Assembly: GCA_000438075.1 (NCBI GenBank)
Contig: FR903546.1
Location: 82,996 to 146,995 of the forward strand
DNA from: Clostridium sp. CAG:609
GTDB taxonomy: Bacteria; Bacillota_I; Bacilli_A; RF39; UBA660
DNA: 64,000 bases
Direction of reading: 5' to 3'
Below, in pieces: positions 1 through 13,372 of this stretch. A model generated the notes under the pieces. That model was given only the letters and a program-made list of their open reading frames with translations. It had not been told where the DNA came from and searched no databases. Position numbers and translations under genes: made by a program. Position 1 is the first letter of the stretch, and each line of letters begins with the position of its first letter.

Positions 1-2220
1 ATTGTAGATGTTATAAGCAAAGGAACAATCGCTGATAATGACCTACTTAATGACTTAGATTCATCATACATTGCAAGTATTCTTTTTTTCTCAGACATTA
101 TAGTTTTAACAATACTAGATATCTCAACAGGTTATCTAGCCACCTTATCTATAGAAAACAATGAAGAAAAACTAATAAACGAAATTCTAGAATACAACCT
201 AAAAGAAGTAATATTCATAGATAATTTAAATACCAATCTAATAGATTTACTAAAAAATACCTATGGTATTGAAGTAACAATAAGTAGTGAATTTCTCTGG
301 AATAAATACAAAAATTTACTAGATACAATCGAAGATGCTCGTGTTAAAAATGGAATAGCACATCTATTTTACTACTTAGATATAAGACAACTAAAAGATT
401 TATCCCACATCAACAAAATTAACTACATCAAGAAAAATAACTATCTTGAAATGGATATTCACAGCATCAGAAATCTTGAACTAATCGAAACTCTTCGCCT
501 AAAAGAAAGAACTTATTCTCTTATATGGTTACTAGATAAATGTAAAACGGCAATGGGAAGCAGAAAGTTAAAAACATGGCTACTAAACCCTTTAAAAGAT
601 AAAAACAAAATTAATGAAAGATATGACAAAATAGAAAAATTAAACAATGAATTTATTTTAAAAGATGAACTTAAAAACGCTTTATATGAAGTATATGATA
701 TTGAAAGACTCGCAGGTAAAGTAATAAATGGAAGTCTAAATGCTAAAGACTTACTTCAATTAAAAAATAGTATCAAAGTCCTTCCAACAATCAAAGATAT
801 TTCCAGTAAACTTGGATTTAACTATAGTTTAAACACTCATGAAAAGTTATATAATTTATTAGATTCTGCCATAGTTGATGATCCACCAATAAGTATCAAA
901 GAAGGCTACATGATAAAATCTGGTTATAATGAAGAATTAGATAACTTACGCGACATCAGAAGTGGTGGAAAAGACTTCGTCGCAGCATTCGAAGCAAAAG
1001 TAAAAGAGGAAACAGGAATTAAAAATCTAAAAGTTGGTTTTAACAAAGTCTTTGGTTACTTCATTGAAATTCCAAACGGAAGCAAATCTTTAGTAAAAGA
1101 AGAATATCATTGGGAAAGAAGACAAACTTTAACAAATTGTGAAAGATATATCTCTCCAGCATTAAAAGAAAAAGAAAGCATGATACTAAATGCTGAAGAA
1201 AATATCATAGATCTAGAATATAAATTGTTTTGTGAAATTAAAAATATAGTAAAACAAGAAGTACCCCTTCTAAATAAAACAGCAGATGAAATCAGTGATA
1301 TAGATGCAATAGTGTCTTTATCAGTATGTAGTGAAGAATATAATTTAGTTCGACCAACATTAACAGATGAAAAGATAATAAAAATCAAAGATGGACGTCA
1401 TCCAGTAGTAGAAGTTGTAAGCAAAAGTGAATATGTGCCAAATGATTGTATATTAGAGCAAGGTATAGATACTCTTTTAATCACCGGTCCAAATATGAGT
1501 GGTAAATCAACTTACATGAGACAACTGGCAATTATAGTAATCATGGCTCAAATGGGTTCTTTCGTGCCATGTAAATCAGCAACTCTTCCAATAATTGATA
1601 AAATCTTTACAAGAATCGGAGCTAGTGATGACCTAGTAAGTGGTGAATCGACATTCATGGTAGAAATGAAAGAAGCAAGAAATGCCATCGCCGGAGCAAC
1701 TGAACACAGCCTTATCTTATTTGATGAACTAGGTCGTGGAACAGCAACATATGATGGAATGAGTCTTGCTCAATCAATTCTTGAATACATTAGTAACAAC
1801 ATTCACGCATTCACGCTTTTTTCAACTCACTACCATGAACTAACTCGCTTAGATAAAAACTTCAAAAACATTAAAAATGTCCATGTTTCAGCAGTTGAAA
1901 ATGGAAATGAAATAACATTCTTGCACAAAATAAAAAATGGTTCCGTAGATAAAAGTTATGGTATTCATGTAGCAAGACTTGCAAAAATGCCAGATGAACT
2001 CTTAAATCGAGCCCAAGAAATATTAGATGAATATGAAACAAACAGTAAGAAAAAAAATCCTTGTGAAAAAGTTCAACTAGCTATGGACTTTGATGTTCAA
2101 GAAAAAAAGGAAGATATTATCAAAAAAACAATTAACTCAATTGATGTTTTAAATACAACACCAATCGAAGCTTTAAACATACTATTTGATTTAAAACAAA
2201 AAATAAAAAATGGTGAGTGA
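1..2220 (+). CDS. mutS: DNA mismatch repair protein MutS, 5' end outside window
   Basis: Frame 1 is open from base 1 and runs into the listed 451..2220 ORF. It carries the MutS ATPase motifs GPNMSGKST, STFMVEM, DELGRGT and STHYHEL. Confidence 0.95.
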   Translation: MVDVISKGTIADNDLLNDLDSSYIASILFFSDIIVLTILDISTGYLATLSIENNEEKLINEILEYNLKEVIFIDNLNTNLIDLLKNTYGIEVTISSEFLWNKYKNLLDTIEDARVKNGIAHLFYYLDIRQLKDLSHINKINYIKKNNYLEMDIHSIRNLELIETLRLKERTYSLIWLLDKCKTAMGSRKLKTWLLNPLKDKNKINERYDKIEKLNNEFILKDELKNALYEVYDIERLAGKVINGSLNAKDLLQLKNSIKVLPTIKDISSKLGFNYSLNTHEKLYNLLDSAIVDDPPISIKEGYMIKSGYNEELDNLRDIRSGGKDFVAAFEAKVKEETGIKNLKVGFNKVFGYFIEIPNGSKSLVKEEYHWERRQTLTNCERYISPALKEKESMILNAEENIIDLEYKLFCEIKNIVKQEVPLLNKTADEISDIDAIVSLSVCSEEYNLVRPTLTDEKIIKIKDGRHPVVEVVSKSEYVPNDCILEQGIDTLLITGPNMSGKSTYMRQLAIIVIMAQMGSFVPCKSATLPIIDKIFTRIGASDDLVSGESTFMVEMKEARNAIAGATEHSLILFDELGRGTATYDGMSLAQSILEYISNNIHAFTLFSTHYHELTRLDKNFKNIKNVHVSAVENGNEITFLHKIKNGSVDKSYGIHVARLAKMPDELLNRAQEILDEYETNSKKKNPCEKVQLAMDFDVQEKKEDIIKKTINSIDVLNTTPIEALNILFDLKQKIKNGE

Positions 2221-2222
2221 TT

Positions 2223-3944
2223 ATGAATTTAAAGGATATGATAATTTTTTTAAAAAAATATTGCGGGGGAGAAAAAAAACTTTTTATTAAATCATTTGTT
2301 TTTTTATTTACCACTTCGATGATAGGAACTTTGTATGGTTATTTATTTGGGCTTGCAATTGATAAAGCTCGCGTTAGTTCTTTTGGTTTAACAATAGCTG
2401 TATTATTTTTAATATATATTATAGATTTTATTGATAACTTATTTTTTAATAGATATGGAAGAATTTATGTAGAAAAGTGTGCTAACAATATAATGGAAAA
2501 AATTGGATGTGCTGTTTATGAAAAAGTAGGGTTGTTACCTGCGAGAGCTTTTGAAGAAAAATCTAGTGGAGAATTTATAAATCGAATTACTAATGATTCA
2601 TCTACGATAGCAGATTCTTTCAGACAAATTCTTAGAATAATAATATCACTTTTTACTTGTGCCATTGTATTTATTTATATTTGTTTTAATTCATGGATAG
2701 TTGCTCTAGAAATAATTATTTATTTAGTATTGTTTTATATTGTTTCGCATAAATATTTACCTAGTATTAAAGAAAAGCAGAAGGAAATAAATAAGGAAAA
2801 GGATAGAGCAGTTGCTTCTGTAAGTGAATCTGTTCGTGGTATAAGAGAAATAAGAGCTTTAGGAATTAGAAAAAGTATGAATGATAATTTTAAAAATATA
2901 GTTAGAAATATATATTTTAAAATTAATAAGCAAATGATTACAGAAAGAAATTATAATGCTTGGATTTATATTTTAAATTGCACTTTAGAGTTTGTTATAT
3001 TTACTACTTGTATCATTCTTATTATTAGTGGACATGGATCTTTTGCATTCTTTATGGCTATGACATATTATATTTATAGATTTATGAATACGATTGAACT
3101 GATGATGAATTTATCTACAAGTATTCAAAAAATGAAAGTATCCATTGAGAGATTAAGTGAAATACTAGATAATAAATTATACAATGACGAAAAGTTTGGT
3201 ATTGTTTCTAAAACTGATATTGATGGAAATATTGAATTTAAAAATATAACATTTAAATATCCAAATGAAGAAAAAGAAACTTTAAAAGATTTTAATCTAA
3301 GTATTCCAACCAATAAAAAAGTAGCAATCGTAGGTAAAAGTGGTCAAGGAAAAACAACTATATTTAATCTTTTACTAAAATATTTTAAACCAACAAATGG
3401 TACCATTTATATTGATGATATACCCCTAGATGACTTCACCGAAGAATCTCTAAGACAAAATATAGCAATAATTCGTCAAGAACCATTTTTATTTAATAAA
3501 ACAATATTAGAAAATTTAAAAATAGTAAATAACAAATTAACTTTAAATGAAATAAGGAAATCCTGTAACCTAGCAGAAGTCGATGATTATATCATGAGTC
3601 TTCCTAATCAATATAATACCATGATAGGTGAGGGAGGCATCAATTTATCCGGTGGACAAAAACAAAGACTTGCTATTGCAAGAGCTTTGCTTAAAAATAG
3701 TAAAATTATTTTATTTGATGAAGCAACAAGTGCCTTAGATAATGAAAACCAAAGAAAAATAAAACAAGCAATAGACAATTTAGTTAAAGACCATACAATA
3801 ATAATCGTAGCACATCGCTTATCAACCATAATTGATGCTGACATCATTTACCTAATCGAAGATGGAAAATTAATTGATGAAGGAACTCACAATGAATTAA
3901 TAAAGAAAAATAAAACATACAAGAAACTATATACAAATGAATAA
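2223..3944 (+). CDS. ABC transporter, fused permease/ATP-binding exporter (type I, MsbA-like)
   Basis: The N-terminal half is hydrophobic and multi-TM. The C-terminal NBD has Walker A GKSGQGKTT, signature LSGGQKQR, Walker B ILFDEATSALD and H-loop AHRLST. The start overlaps the mutS stop; ATG 2223 follows GGTGAG. Confidence 0.9.
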   Translation: MNLKDMIIFLKKYCGGEKKLFIKSFVFLFTTSMIGTLYGYLFGLAIDKARVSSFGLTIAVLFLIYIIDFIDNLFFNRYGRIYVEKCANNIMEKIGCAVYEKVGLLPARAFEEKSSGEFINRITNDSSTIADSFRQILRIIISLFTCAIVFIYICFNSWIVALEIIIYLVLFYIVSHKYLPSIKEKQKEINKEKDRAVASVSESVRGIREIRALGIRKSMNDNFKNIVRNIYFKINKQMITERNYNAWIYILNCTLEFVIFTTCIILIISGHGSFAFFMAMTYYIYRFMNTIELMMNLSTSIQKMKVSIERLSEILDNKLYNDEKFGIVSKTDIDGNIEFKNITFKYPNEEKETLKDFNLSIPTNKKVAIVGKSGQGKTTIFNLLLKYFKPTNGTIYIDDIPLDDFTEESLRQNIAIIRQEPFLFNKTILENLKIVNNKLTLNEIRKSCNLAEVDDYIMSLPNQYNTMIGEGGINLSGGQKQRLAIARALLKNSKIILFDEATSALDNENQRKIKQAIDNLVKDHTIIIVAHRLSTIIDADIIYLIEDGKLIDEGTHNELIKKNKTYKKLYTNE

Positions 3945-4040
3945 ATAATTTTTTAAGTGGTTTTATTGCAACTTGATAATAAATATTTTGTAAAATTAAT
4001 AATCTATGGTATAATAAATTATCAAGAAGGAGAAATGCGT

Positions 4041-4544
4041 ATGGAAAAGATAATTCCAAATGGAACAGAAGTTTTAATATTTTTTAACTCAAAAAATGAT
4101 TGCGAAGAAGAAAGATTTATCAAAGGGGTAATTATTTCAAGTAAAGAATCCGAAGATTTATCATATCATGGAAGTCCATGGTATGTCCAAATTTATAAGA
4201 TTAAAGGTGAAAATGGACAAATTTATGAAGCAACTCATCAAAGCCCATTATTTGGTGCATTCTACATAAGAACAATCGAAGGATATCTTGCATATCTAGA
4301 ATACAAAATTAAAGAAAATAAAAAGAAAATAAATGATATTGAAAATGAAAATATGAATCTTTCTAATATCATTACATCATTAAGTCCACTACCACAAACG
4401 CATCATGAACAACAAACAGTATCAGGTGATAGTGAAGAAATAGCTAAAATGATAGAAAATTTCAAATATGTTCCAGATAAAGAAACAGAAGTTTTAAACA
4501 AATATGATAATATTCTAACAAGAACTAGAAAGAAAAATGGATAG
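4041..4544 (+). CDS. hypothetical protein
   Basis: ORF with AAGGAG 8 nt upstream of ATG 4041. The listed 3957 start lies in non-coding-looking sequence. No recognisable motif. Confidence 0.5.
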   Translation: MEKIIPNGTEVLIFFNSKNDCEEERFIKGVIISSKESEDLSYHGSPWYVQIYKIKGENGQIYEATHQSPLFGAFYIRTIEGYLAYLEYKIKENKKKINDIENENMNLSNIITSLSPLPQTHHEQQTVSGDSEEIAKMIENFKYVPDKETEVLNKYDNILTRTRKKNG

Positions 4545-4550
4545 CATAAG

Positions 4551-5345
4551 CTACCCAAGTGCAACATCGAAGATCATCATAAGTAAAAATCCAAATATCG
4601 TAAATAAGGCCATTAGGTCTTTTTTTTCATTGGTTTGACTTTCTGGAATTAACTCTTGCACTACAACATAAATCATTGCACCACCTGCAAAAGCAAGTAG
4701 TATTGGTAAAAGTATTTGTACCTTTATAACAAGTATAGCTCCAATTACTGCAGAAATTGGTTCAACAATTCCACTTAAAACTCCAAATATAAATGCTTTT
4801 GTAGTACTCATTCCCTCTCTTCGAAGAGGTAATGATACTGCAGAACCTTCTGGAAAATTTTGTATTCCAATTCCTATTGCAAGCATAACTGCTGACATAA
4901 GTGTTGCCCCATCTAAATTATAAAAAACAGAACCAAAAGCAACACCAATAGCCATTCCTTCCGGAATATTATGAAGTGTTATTGAAAATATTAACATTAA
5001 ACTTCTTTTCATACTACTTGCATTTTTATTATTTTCTGTTAATCTATCAAATATTTTATCTCCACTAAAAAGCAGTAAGCCACCCAAAAGTACTCCAATT
5101 GAAACAATCAACCATGAAATTAAATTCAGATTATTAGCCATTTCTATAGCAGGTGAAAGCAAACTCCAAAATGTCGCAGCAAGCATAACTCCCGCAGATA
5201 AACCAAGCATTGCATCCATTGTATTTTTATTTACTTTTTTAAATAAAAATACAACTGCTGAACCCATCGAAGTAATTGCCCAAGTAAACATTGATGCAAC
5301 TAAAGCCTGCAATGGGTATGTTAAATTTATATACCAATTAATCAT
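4551..5345 (-). CDS. ZIP family divalent metal (zinc) transporter, ZupT/GufA-like
   Basis: Polytopic membrane protein with the ZIP signatures HNIPEGMAIG and QNFPEGSAV. Confidence 0.85.
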   Translation of the reverse strand: MINWYINLTYPLQALVASMFTWAITSMGSAVVFLFKKVNKNTMDAMLGLSAGVMLAATFWSLLSPAIEMANNLNLISWLIVSIGVLLGGLLLFSGDKIFDRLTENNKNASSMKRSLMLIFSITLHNIPEGMAIGVAFGSVFYNLDGATLMSAVMLAIGIGIQNFPEGSAVSLPLRREGMSTTKAFIFGVLSGIVEPISAVIGAILVIKVQILLPILLAFAGGAMIYVVVQELIPESQTNEKKDLMALFTIFGFLLMMIFDVALG

Positions 5346-5402
5346 ATTCGCTCCTTTTTATCTAATGTATTGTATGAAGTAAAAAAAATATTGTGATTTT
5401 AC

Positions 5403-5431
5403 TTTACAAATTCCCATTAAAACGATATAAT
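5403..5431 (+). promoter_or_regulatory. sigma-A type promoter upstream of lon
   Basis: TTTACA, a 17-nt spacer, then TATAAT, about 28 nt upstream of the lon start. Confidence 0.5.
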
Positions 5432-5458
5432 AACATTTAAGTTTAGGAGGTACTCACT

Positions 5459-7726
5459 ATGAATTTTAACATTCCCGTAATATTACTTAAAAATTTGGTT
5501 ATCCTCCCTAATCAGGAAATTAAAATAGAATTAAATAATAAAATAAGTAACCTAGCAATTAGTGAATCAAGCAAAAACTATAAAGGTGAAATCCTTGTTG
5601 TTGCTCCAACTGATACTCTCGAAGAAGAACCAAGTGTTGAAGACCTACCCAAAGTAGGTGTAATTGCTAAAATTAAAAATAAAATAGATAAAGATGGTAT
5701 CATCGAAGTAAAAATTCGTGGTATAAAAAGAGTAGCTATTTCAAAATACTTTCAAGAAAAGAAAAGCGTTATCTTATATAGTGAAGTAATGTATATTGAC
5801 TTACCGCCATTAATTGAATCCGAAGAAAAAGCCATATTAAAAAAGTTAATCAAAGTTTTAAAAGAATATATAAATATATCAAAAACAATATCAAATGATA
5901 TAATAAATTATGTAAGTAATTCAAAAGATTTAAATAAAATAACTGATGCTATAGCATCATTCTTACCATTTAACACAATTAAAAAACTAGAATACATGCA
6001 AGAAATAAATCCATTAAATCGGGCTAAAACTCTAATCAAAGATATGAATGAAGAAATAAAGTCTGTTGAACTTGATAATGAACTTGAAGAAAAAATGGAA
6101 GAGTCACTACAAAAAGAACAACGTGAATATATATTAAAAGAAAAACTTAAAACTATTAAAAATGAACTCGGAGAAGAAAATTGGAAAAATATTGAAGTCG
6201 AAGAATATCGCAAGAGTCTTCATAAATTAAAAATAGATAAAAAAACTAAAGAACACTTTGCTCATGAAATAGATAAATATGAAATAATGAGTGAAAATAG
6301 TCCAGAAGTTAGTGTGATGCATAACTACCTAGATTGGGTAATAAATTTGCCATGGAATAAAAGTACAAAAGAAACATCTAATTTTGAAGCAGTATATAAA
6401 GATTTAAATAAATCACATTACGGTCTTGATGATATTAAAACAAGAATAAGTGAATATATTGCAATTAAAAATTTAAATCCTAAAATAGCAAGTCCTATAA
6501 TTTGTTTAGTGGGACCTCCGGGTGTAGGTAAAACAACAATTGCTATGTCAATTGCCACATCACTAAATCGTGAATTTTATAAAATTAGTGTTGGGGGATT
6601 AAATGATTCAACAGAACTTATTGGAACAAGAAGAACATATCTAGCATCAAGCCCAGGTAAAATAATTCAAGGATTATATAAAACTGGAACAAATAATCCT
6701 GTTATGTTAATTGATGAAGTAGATAAAATGGTAAAAGACTTTAAAGGAGATCCAGCATCAACTCTTCTTGAAATACTAGATCCAAATCAAAATAAGTATT
6801 TTATAGATAACTATATCGAAGAACCATTTGATTTAAGTAACATATTATTTATTTTAACAGCAAATAATATAAATGATATACCACCAGCAATACTTGATCG
6901 TGTTGAATTAATTGAACTTAACAGTTACACAATATTTGAAAAAAAAGATATAGCCCAAAATTACATGTTACCAAGAATATTACTTGAAAACATGGTATAT
7001 GACAGTAAAATAAAATTTAGTGATGAACTTTTATATTTCATCATCAATAACTATACAGAAGAAGCTGGGGTAAGAGACTTAGATAGAGTCTTATCATCTC
7101 TAGCTAGAAAAATAACTATTAACAATGTTAAAGTTTTAAATACAGAAAGAATAATTAAGTTACTTGGAACACCAAAATATCAAAAACTAACTATAAATGA
7201 AGATGAATATGGTGTAGTAAGTACTCTTGCAGTTGCAAGTATAGGTGGTATAGTTTCTAAACTTGAAGTAAGTCTAAATAAAGGTAGTGAAAAAATAACA
7301 ATAACAGGTAATACCGGAGAAATTTTAAAAGAAAGTATTTTGGTATGTTTAACTATGCTTAAAAATAAGTATAAATATAATTTCCATAACCAAGATATTC
7401 ACTTACATTTCTTAGATGCTTCGACTAAAAAAGATGGATCAAGTGGAGGATTACCTATTGCAGTTGCAATATGCAGTAGATTTGAAGAAAAAAAGATTCC
7501 CGAAGATATTGCATTTACCGGAGAAATTACCCTAAATGGAAGTATTTTAAAAATCGGAGGACTCAAAGAAAAGCTAATCGCTGCATATAATAAAAATATC
7601 AAAGTAGTTTATATACCTACATCGAATATGGATGATTTAAAAAATATTCCCAAAATAATTTTAGAACAACTTGAAATAATTCCGGTAAGTAATTTCAGTG
7701 AGGTATATACAAAACTATTTAAATAA
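5459..7726 (+). CDS. lon: ATP-dependent Lon protease (LonA type)
   Basis: N-terminal LON domain, AAA+ Walker A GPPGVGKTT, Walker B MLIDEVDK, and a C-terminal protease domain with KDGSSGG (Ser) and GGLKEKLIAA (Lys). Confidence 0.93.
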   Translation: MNFNIPVILLKNLVILPNQEIKIELNNKISNLAISESSKNYKGEILVVAPTDTLEEEPSVEDLPKVGVIAKIKNKIDKDGIIEVKIRGIKRVAISKYFQEKKSVILYSEVMYIDLPPLIESEEKAILKKLIKVLKEYINISKTISNDIINYVSNSKDLNKITDAIASFLPFNTIKKLEYMQEINPLNRAKTLIKDMNEEIKSVELDNELEEKMEESLQKEQREYILKEKLKTIKNELGEENWKNIEVEEYRKSLHKLKIDKKTKEHFAHEIDKYEIMSENSPEVSVMHNYLDWVINLPWNKSTKETSNFEAVYKDLNKSHYGLDDIKTRISEYIAIKNLNPKIASPIICLVGPPGVGKTTIAMSIATSLNREFYKISVGGLNDSTELIGTRRTYLASSPGKIIQGLYKTGTNNPVMLIDEVDKMVKDFKGDPASTLLEILDPNQNKYFIDNYIEEPFDLSNILFILTANNINDIPPAILDRVELIELNSYTIFEKKDIAQNYMLPRILLENMVYDSKIKFSDELLYFIINNYTEEAGVRDLDRVLSSLARKITINNVKVLNTERIIKLLGTPKYQKLTINEDEYGVVSTLAVASIGGIVSKLEVSLNKGSEKITITGNTGEILKESILVCLTMLKNKYKYNFHNQDIHLHFLDASTKKDGSSGGLPIAVAICSRFEEKKIPEDIAFTGEITLNGSILKIGGLKEKLIAAYNKNIKVVYIPTSNMDDLKNIPKIILEQLEIIPVSNFSEVYTKLFK

Positions 7727-7751
7727 TGTATAATAATAAGGGAAGTGAAGT

Positions 7752-10567
<2,816 letters not shown>

Positions 10568-10575
10568 ATAAAGAC

Positions 10576-10941
10576 TCATTTAGAATCTTTATTTTTTTTA
10601 TTTATTCCTAGTATTCCACCTAAAGTACTACATAATAATAAAATCATATAATAAATAATTGATGTAATACTAAACTTGTTTATAAATAAATTTAGAATTA
10701 TTAGTATTAATATAAGAAAACCACCAGTTTTTAACCCAACCACATACCCTTGCTTTAAAGCAAGATGTCCATTCCTAATACCAAGCATTAAAAACATAAT
10801 ACTATTAAATATAAATATTAATGCATTAGTTATAGTTTCATTTATACCGATTAAATTAAGTAAACTGCATATTATAATAAGCAATATTAAAAATATTAAA
10901 TAATATCCAATATATTTTATAAAGTTTTTCAAAATTATCAC
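10576..10941 (-). CDS. small polytopic membrane protein, unknown function
   Basis: Four hydrophobic segments. Convergent with the previous gene. Confidence 0.5.
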   Translation of the reverse strand: MIILKNFIKYIGYYLIFLILLIIICSLLNLIGINETITNALIFIFNSIMFLMLGIRNGHLALKQGYVVGLKTGGFLILILIILNLFINKFSITSIIYYMILLLCSTLGGILGINKKNKDSK

Positions 10942-11007
10942 CTAATAAATTATATTATATATTGTTTAAAATATTACTTATTAACCCATAATAACTATGG
11001 TGATATT

Positions 11008-11655
11008 ATGAGTCTATTTATAGTTTTATTTAGAACAATATTTTTTTATTTCTTTGTTCTTATTTCATATCGTATAATGGGTAAAAGAGAAATAGGTCAA
11101 CTTGGTGTTATAGATTTAATTGTATCTATTCTTATCGCAGAACTAGTTGCAATAAGTATTGAAGAGTATAAACAATCTTTAATGCTTACAGTAATACCCA
11201 TAAGTATACTAGTTTTACTAGAAGTCTTATTTGCATTTTTTTCTATAAAAAGTAGAAAATTTAGATTATTATTTGATGGTAAACCATCATTAATTATAGC
11301 AAATGGTAAAATAAATTATAAAGAAATGATTAAGCAAAGATATTCTCTAGATGATTTACTTGTATCTCTAAGACAAAAAGAAATCAGAGATTTAAGTATG
11401 GTTGAATATGCATTCTTAGAACCAAACGGAGAATTATCGGTATTTAAATATAACTTCTTTAAATTACAAAGCCCATATCCTGCAGCATTAATATTAGATG
11501 GAGAACTTCAAAAAAGTGTAATAAAACATATTCATAAAACAGAAGACTATATTAAAGAAGAACTCTCAAAGAAAAACTTAACAGTTAAAGATATCTTTTA
11601 TGCATTTTATAAAAATAAAAAAATTTATATCATAAAGAAAACCGACTTGAACTAA
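11008..11655 (+). CDS. DUF421 (YetF-like) membrane protein
   Basis: N-terminal YRIMGKREIGQL...DLIVSILIAE pattern typical of DUF421/YetF proteins. Confidence 0.75.
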   Translation: MSLFIVLFRTIFFYFFVLISYRIMGKREIGQLGVIDLIVSILIAELVAISIEEYKQSLMLTVIPISILVLLEVLFAFFSIKSRKFRLLFDGKPSLIIANGKINYKEMIKQRYSLDDLLVSLRQKEIRDLSMVEYAFLEPNGELSVFKYNFFKLQSPYPAALILDGELQKSVIKHIHKTEDYIKEELSKKNLTVKDIFYAFYKNKKIYIIKKTDLN

Positions 11656-11733
11656 ATTTTACACAAATTACTATTTTAATATTTTCATTTTTATGAATTT
11701 ATGCTAAACTATTAATAGTAGGGTGATTGACAA

Positions 11734-13350
11734 ATGAATAAATTTATAAAAAAAATAAAAAATAATCAAGTGTTATACGTATTAAGTATCTTAATAATAG
11801 GTATATTACTCTTGCTTATTGCAAGAATTACATATGCATATTTAGCTCCAAGAATACAAAGTGCACTAAGTAATATAACAACTATATCTGATACAGTAGA
11901 TGATTTTAAATTGGAACTAGGGCAACCTCTAAGTCTAAATGCAACAGCAACAACACTACCAGAAAGTGGTTCAAATTTAGTGGTAACTTCAACAGAAATA
12001 GCAAGATTAAAAGCCAATAGTACAAAGAAAACAGCCAACTACAACTATTATTTATACTTACAAATTACTAATAACACATTTAAATATTCAGATGGAACAA
12101 CACCAGAAATAATACTTACAATAACAGATCCAAATGGTAATGAAATAACATCTTTAGATAATTTAACTTATGGAACATATAATGGTGTATCAGGTTTTGA
12201 TGTAACAACTAAAACTGGTTTATTTGCTATCGCAAATAACTATGAAATAACATCAAACTCAAGCACAACATATACGGAACATGATTGGAATATTACACTT
12301 ACATATCTAAATCTAAACATAGACCAATCAGGAAACTATGGCAATAGTTTTGAAACAAAGTTATATTTACAAAAAGAAGAAAAAGAATTAACGGCAACTG
12401 ATGTCTGCCCAGGTAAATCATTAAATGATTGTGTTATTGCTCAATATACTGGAATAAAAAATTCTAATATATATTATCACGATTCTAACCTAACAAATGG
12501 AGCAGGGGATAACTCATATAGATATGCAGGTGCAAGTAATCAAGTAAATAACTATGTATGTTTTGGATCAAACGTAGCACCATGCCCAGCAGATAATCTA
12601 TATAGAATAATCGGAGTATTTGGTGATAAAGTAAAACTAATCAAATCAGATTATGCAACGACAGCATTATTAGGTGCAGATGGAGATTACAGCAGGATGT
12701 ATACTGCAAATAATTGGGATAATTCAGCTTATAAAGGTAACAATTTAGCTAATATAGCAGGATATACATGGAATTATAATGGATTATCAGACCATACAGG
12801 AAATAATCAATACGGATCAAATACATGGAGTACAAGTTTGTTAAATAAAACAAATTTAAATACAAATTTCATAACAAATATAGGAGCAGACTGGGCAGCC
12901 AAAATAGATACAACAACATGGAAAGTTGGAGGAAATACATGGGAAAATATAGGAACCCAACCAGCTAAAACAGCATATCAAAATGAAATAGTAAGTCCAG
13001 TAACAACAAATACAACTGATAATGCAACAACATATAGTGCAAAAGTTGGCTTAATGTATGTAAGTGATTATGGATTTGCAGCAGCACCAAGTGCATGGAC
13101 AGCAAATTTAGACACTTATAATGGCGAAGCCATTAAAAATGTTAATTGGATGTATATGGGGCTGTATGAATGGACTATTTCCCGTTATGCGGGCTCTGAC
13201 TATCTTGCGTTCGGTGTGTATAGCACCGGTAGCGTGTCTTACAACATTGCGACTTATGTGCTTGCTTTGCGGCCAGTCTTCTATCTCGCATCTTCCGTGA
13301 ACTATGTATCGGGAAGCGGCACAGCCGCTGATCCTATTGTGGTAAACTAG
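11734..13350 (+). CDS. membrane-anchored or secreted surface protein with a C-terminal variable (C-type-lectin-like?) cassette
   Basis: N-terminal signal-anchor and an Asn/Thr-rich extracellular body. The C-terminal motif series reads MYVSDYGFA...NWMYMG.YEWT.SRY...RPVFYL...SGSGT..DP. The last ~200 nt are compositionally foreign (GC-rich). Confidence 0.8.
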   Translation: MNKFIKKIKNNQVLYVLSILIIGILLLLIARITYAYLAPRIQSALSNITTISDTVDDFKLELGQPLSLNATATTLPESGSNLVVTSTEIARLKANSTKKTANYNYYLYLQITNNTFKYSDGTTPEIILTITDPNGNEITSLDNLTYGTYNGVSGFDVTTKTGLFAIANNYEITSNSSTTYTEHDWNITLTYLNLNIDQSGNYGNSFETKLYLQKEEKELTATDVCPGKSLNDCVIAQYTGIKNSNIYYHDSNLTNGAGDNSYRYAGASNQVNNYVCFGSNVAPCPADNLYRIIGVFGDKVKLIKSDYATTALLGADGDYSRMYTANNWDNSAYKGNNLANIAGYTWNYNGLSDHTGNNQYGSNTWSTSLLNKTNLNTNFITNIGADWAAKIDTTTWKVGGNTWENIGTQPAKTAYQNEIVSPVTTNTTDNATTYSAKVGLMYVSDYGFAAAPSAWTANLDTYNGEAIKNVNWMYMGLYEWTISRYAGSDYLAFGVYSTGSVSYNIATYVLALRPVFYLASSVNYVSGSGTAADPIVVN

Positions 13351-13372
13351 GTCAGGCGGGGTGCAAAATAAA
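13168..13372 (+). repeat. GC-rich variable cassette, copy 1 (expressed copy)
   Basis: It aligns without gaps to 29445..29627. Positions 13168..13192 are identical in both copies (25 nt). The block 13193..13272 is hypervariable. The block 13347..13372 (ctaggtcaggcggggtgcaaaataaa) recurs exactly at 31165..31190. Confidence 0.85.

Noticed and set aside
1107-1388. Numerous short listed ORFs nested in or antisense to long genes. Examples: 1107..1388, 3125..3313, 3608..3847, 5908..6213, 7399..7602, 10676..10903, 11766..12038, 22331..22696, 37407..37826, 44457..44849, 49502..49720, 57921..58283.
   Set aside because: Each lies within a gene that has clear family motifs on the other strand or in another frame. 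They lack ribosome-binding sites and translate to low-complexity sequences typical of AT-rich antisense frames.
2217-3944. mutS is followed by an ABC exporter rather than mutL, which might indicate a rearrangement or an island.
   Set aside because: mutS and mutL are not always adjacent in Bacillota. The composition is uniform and the genes overlap as a normal operon junction. There is no mobile-element signature.
7420-7450. The Lon protease active-site region reads KDGSSGG instead of the usual KDGPSAG, raising the question of an inactive Lon.
   Set aside because: The serine at the catalytic position and the downstream catalytic lysine (GGLKEKLIAA) are both retained. The substitutions are in flanking residues only, so there is no basis to call it inactive.
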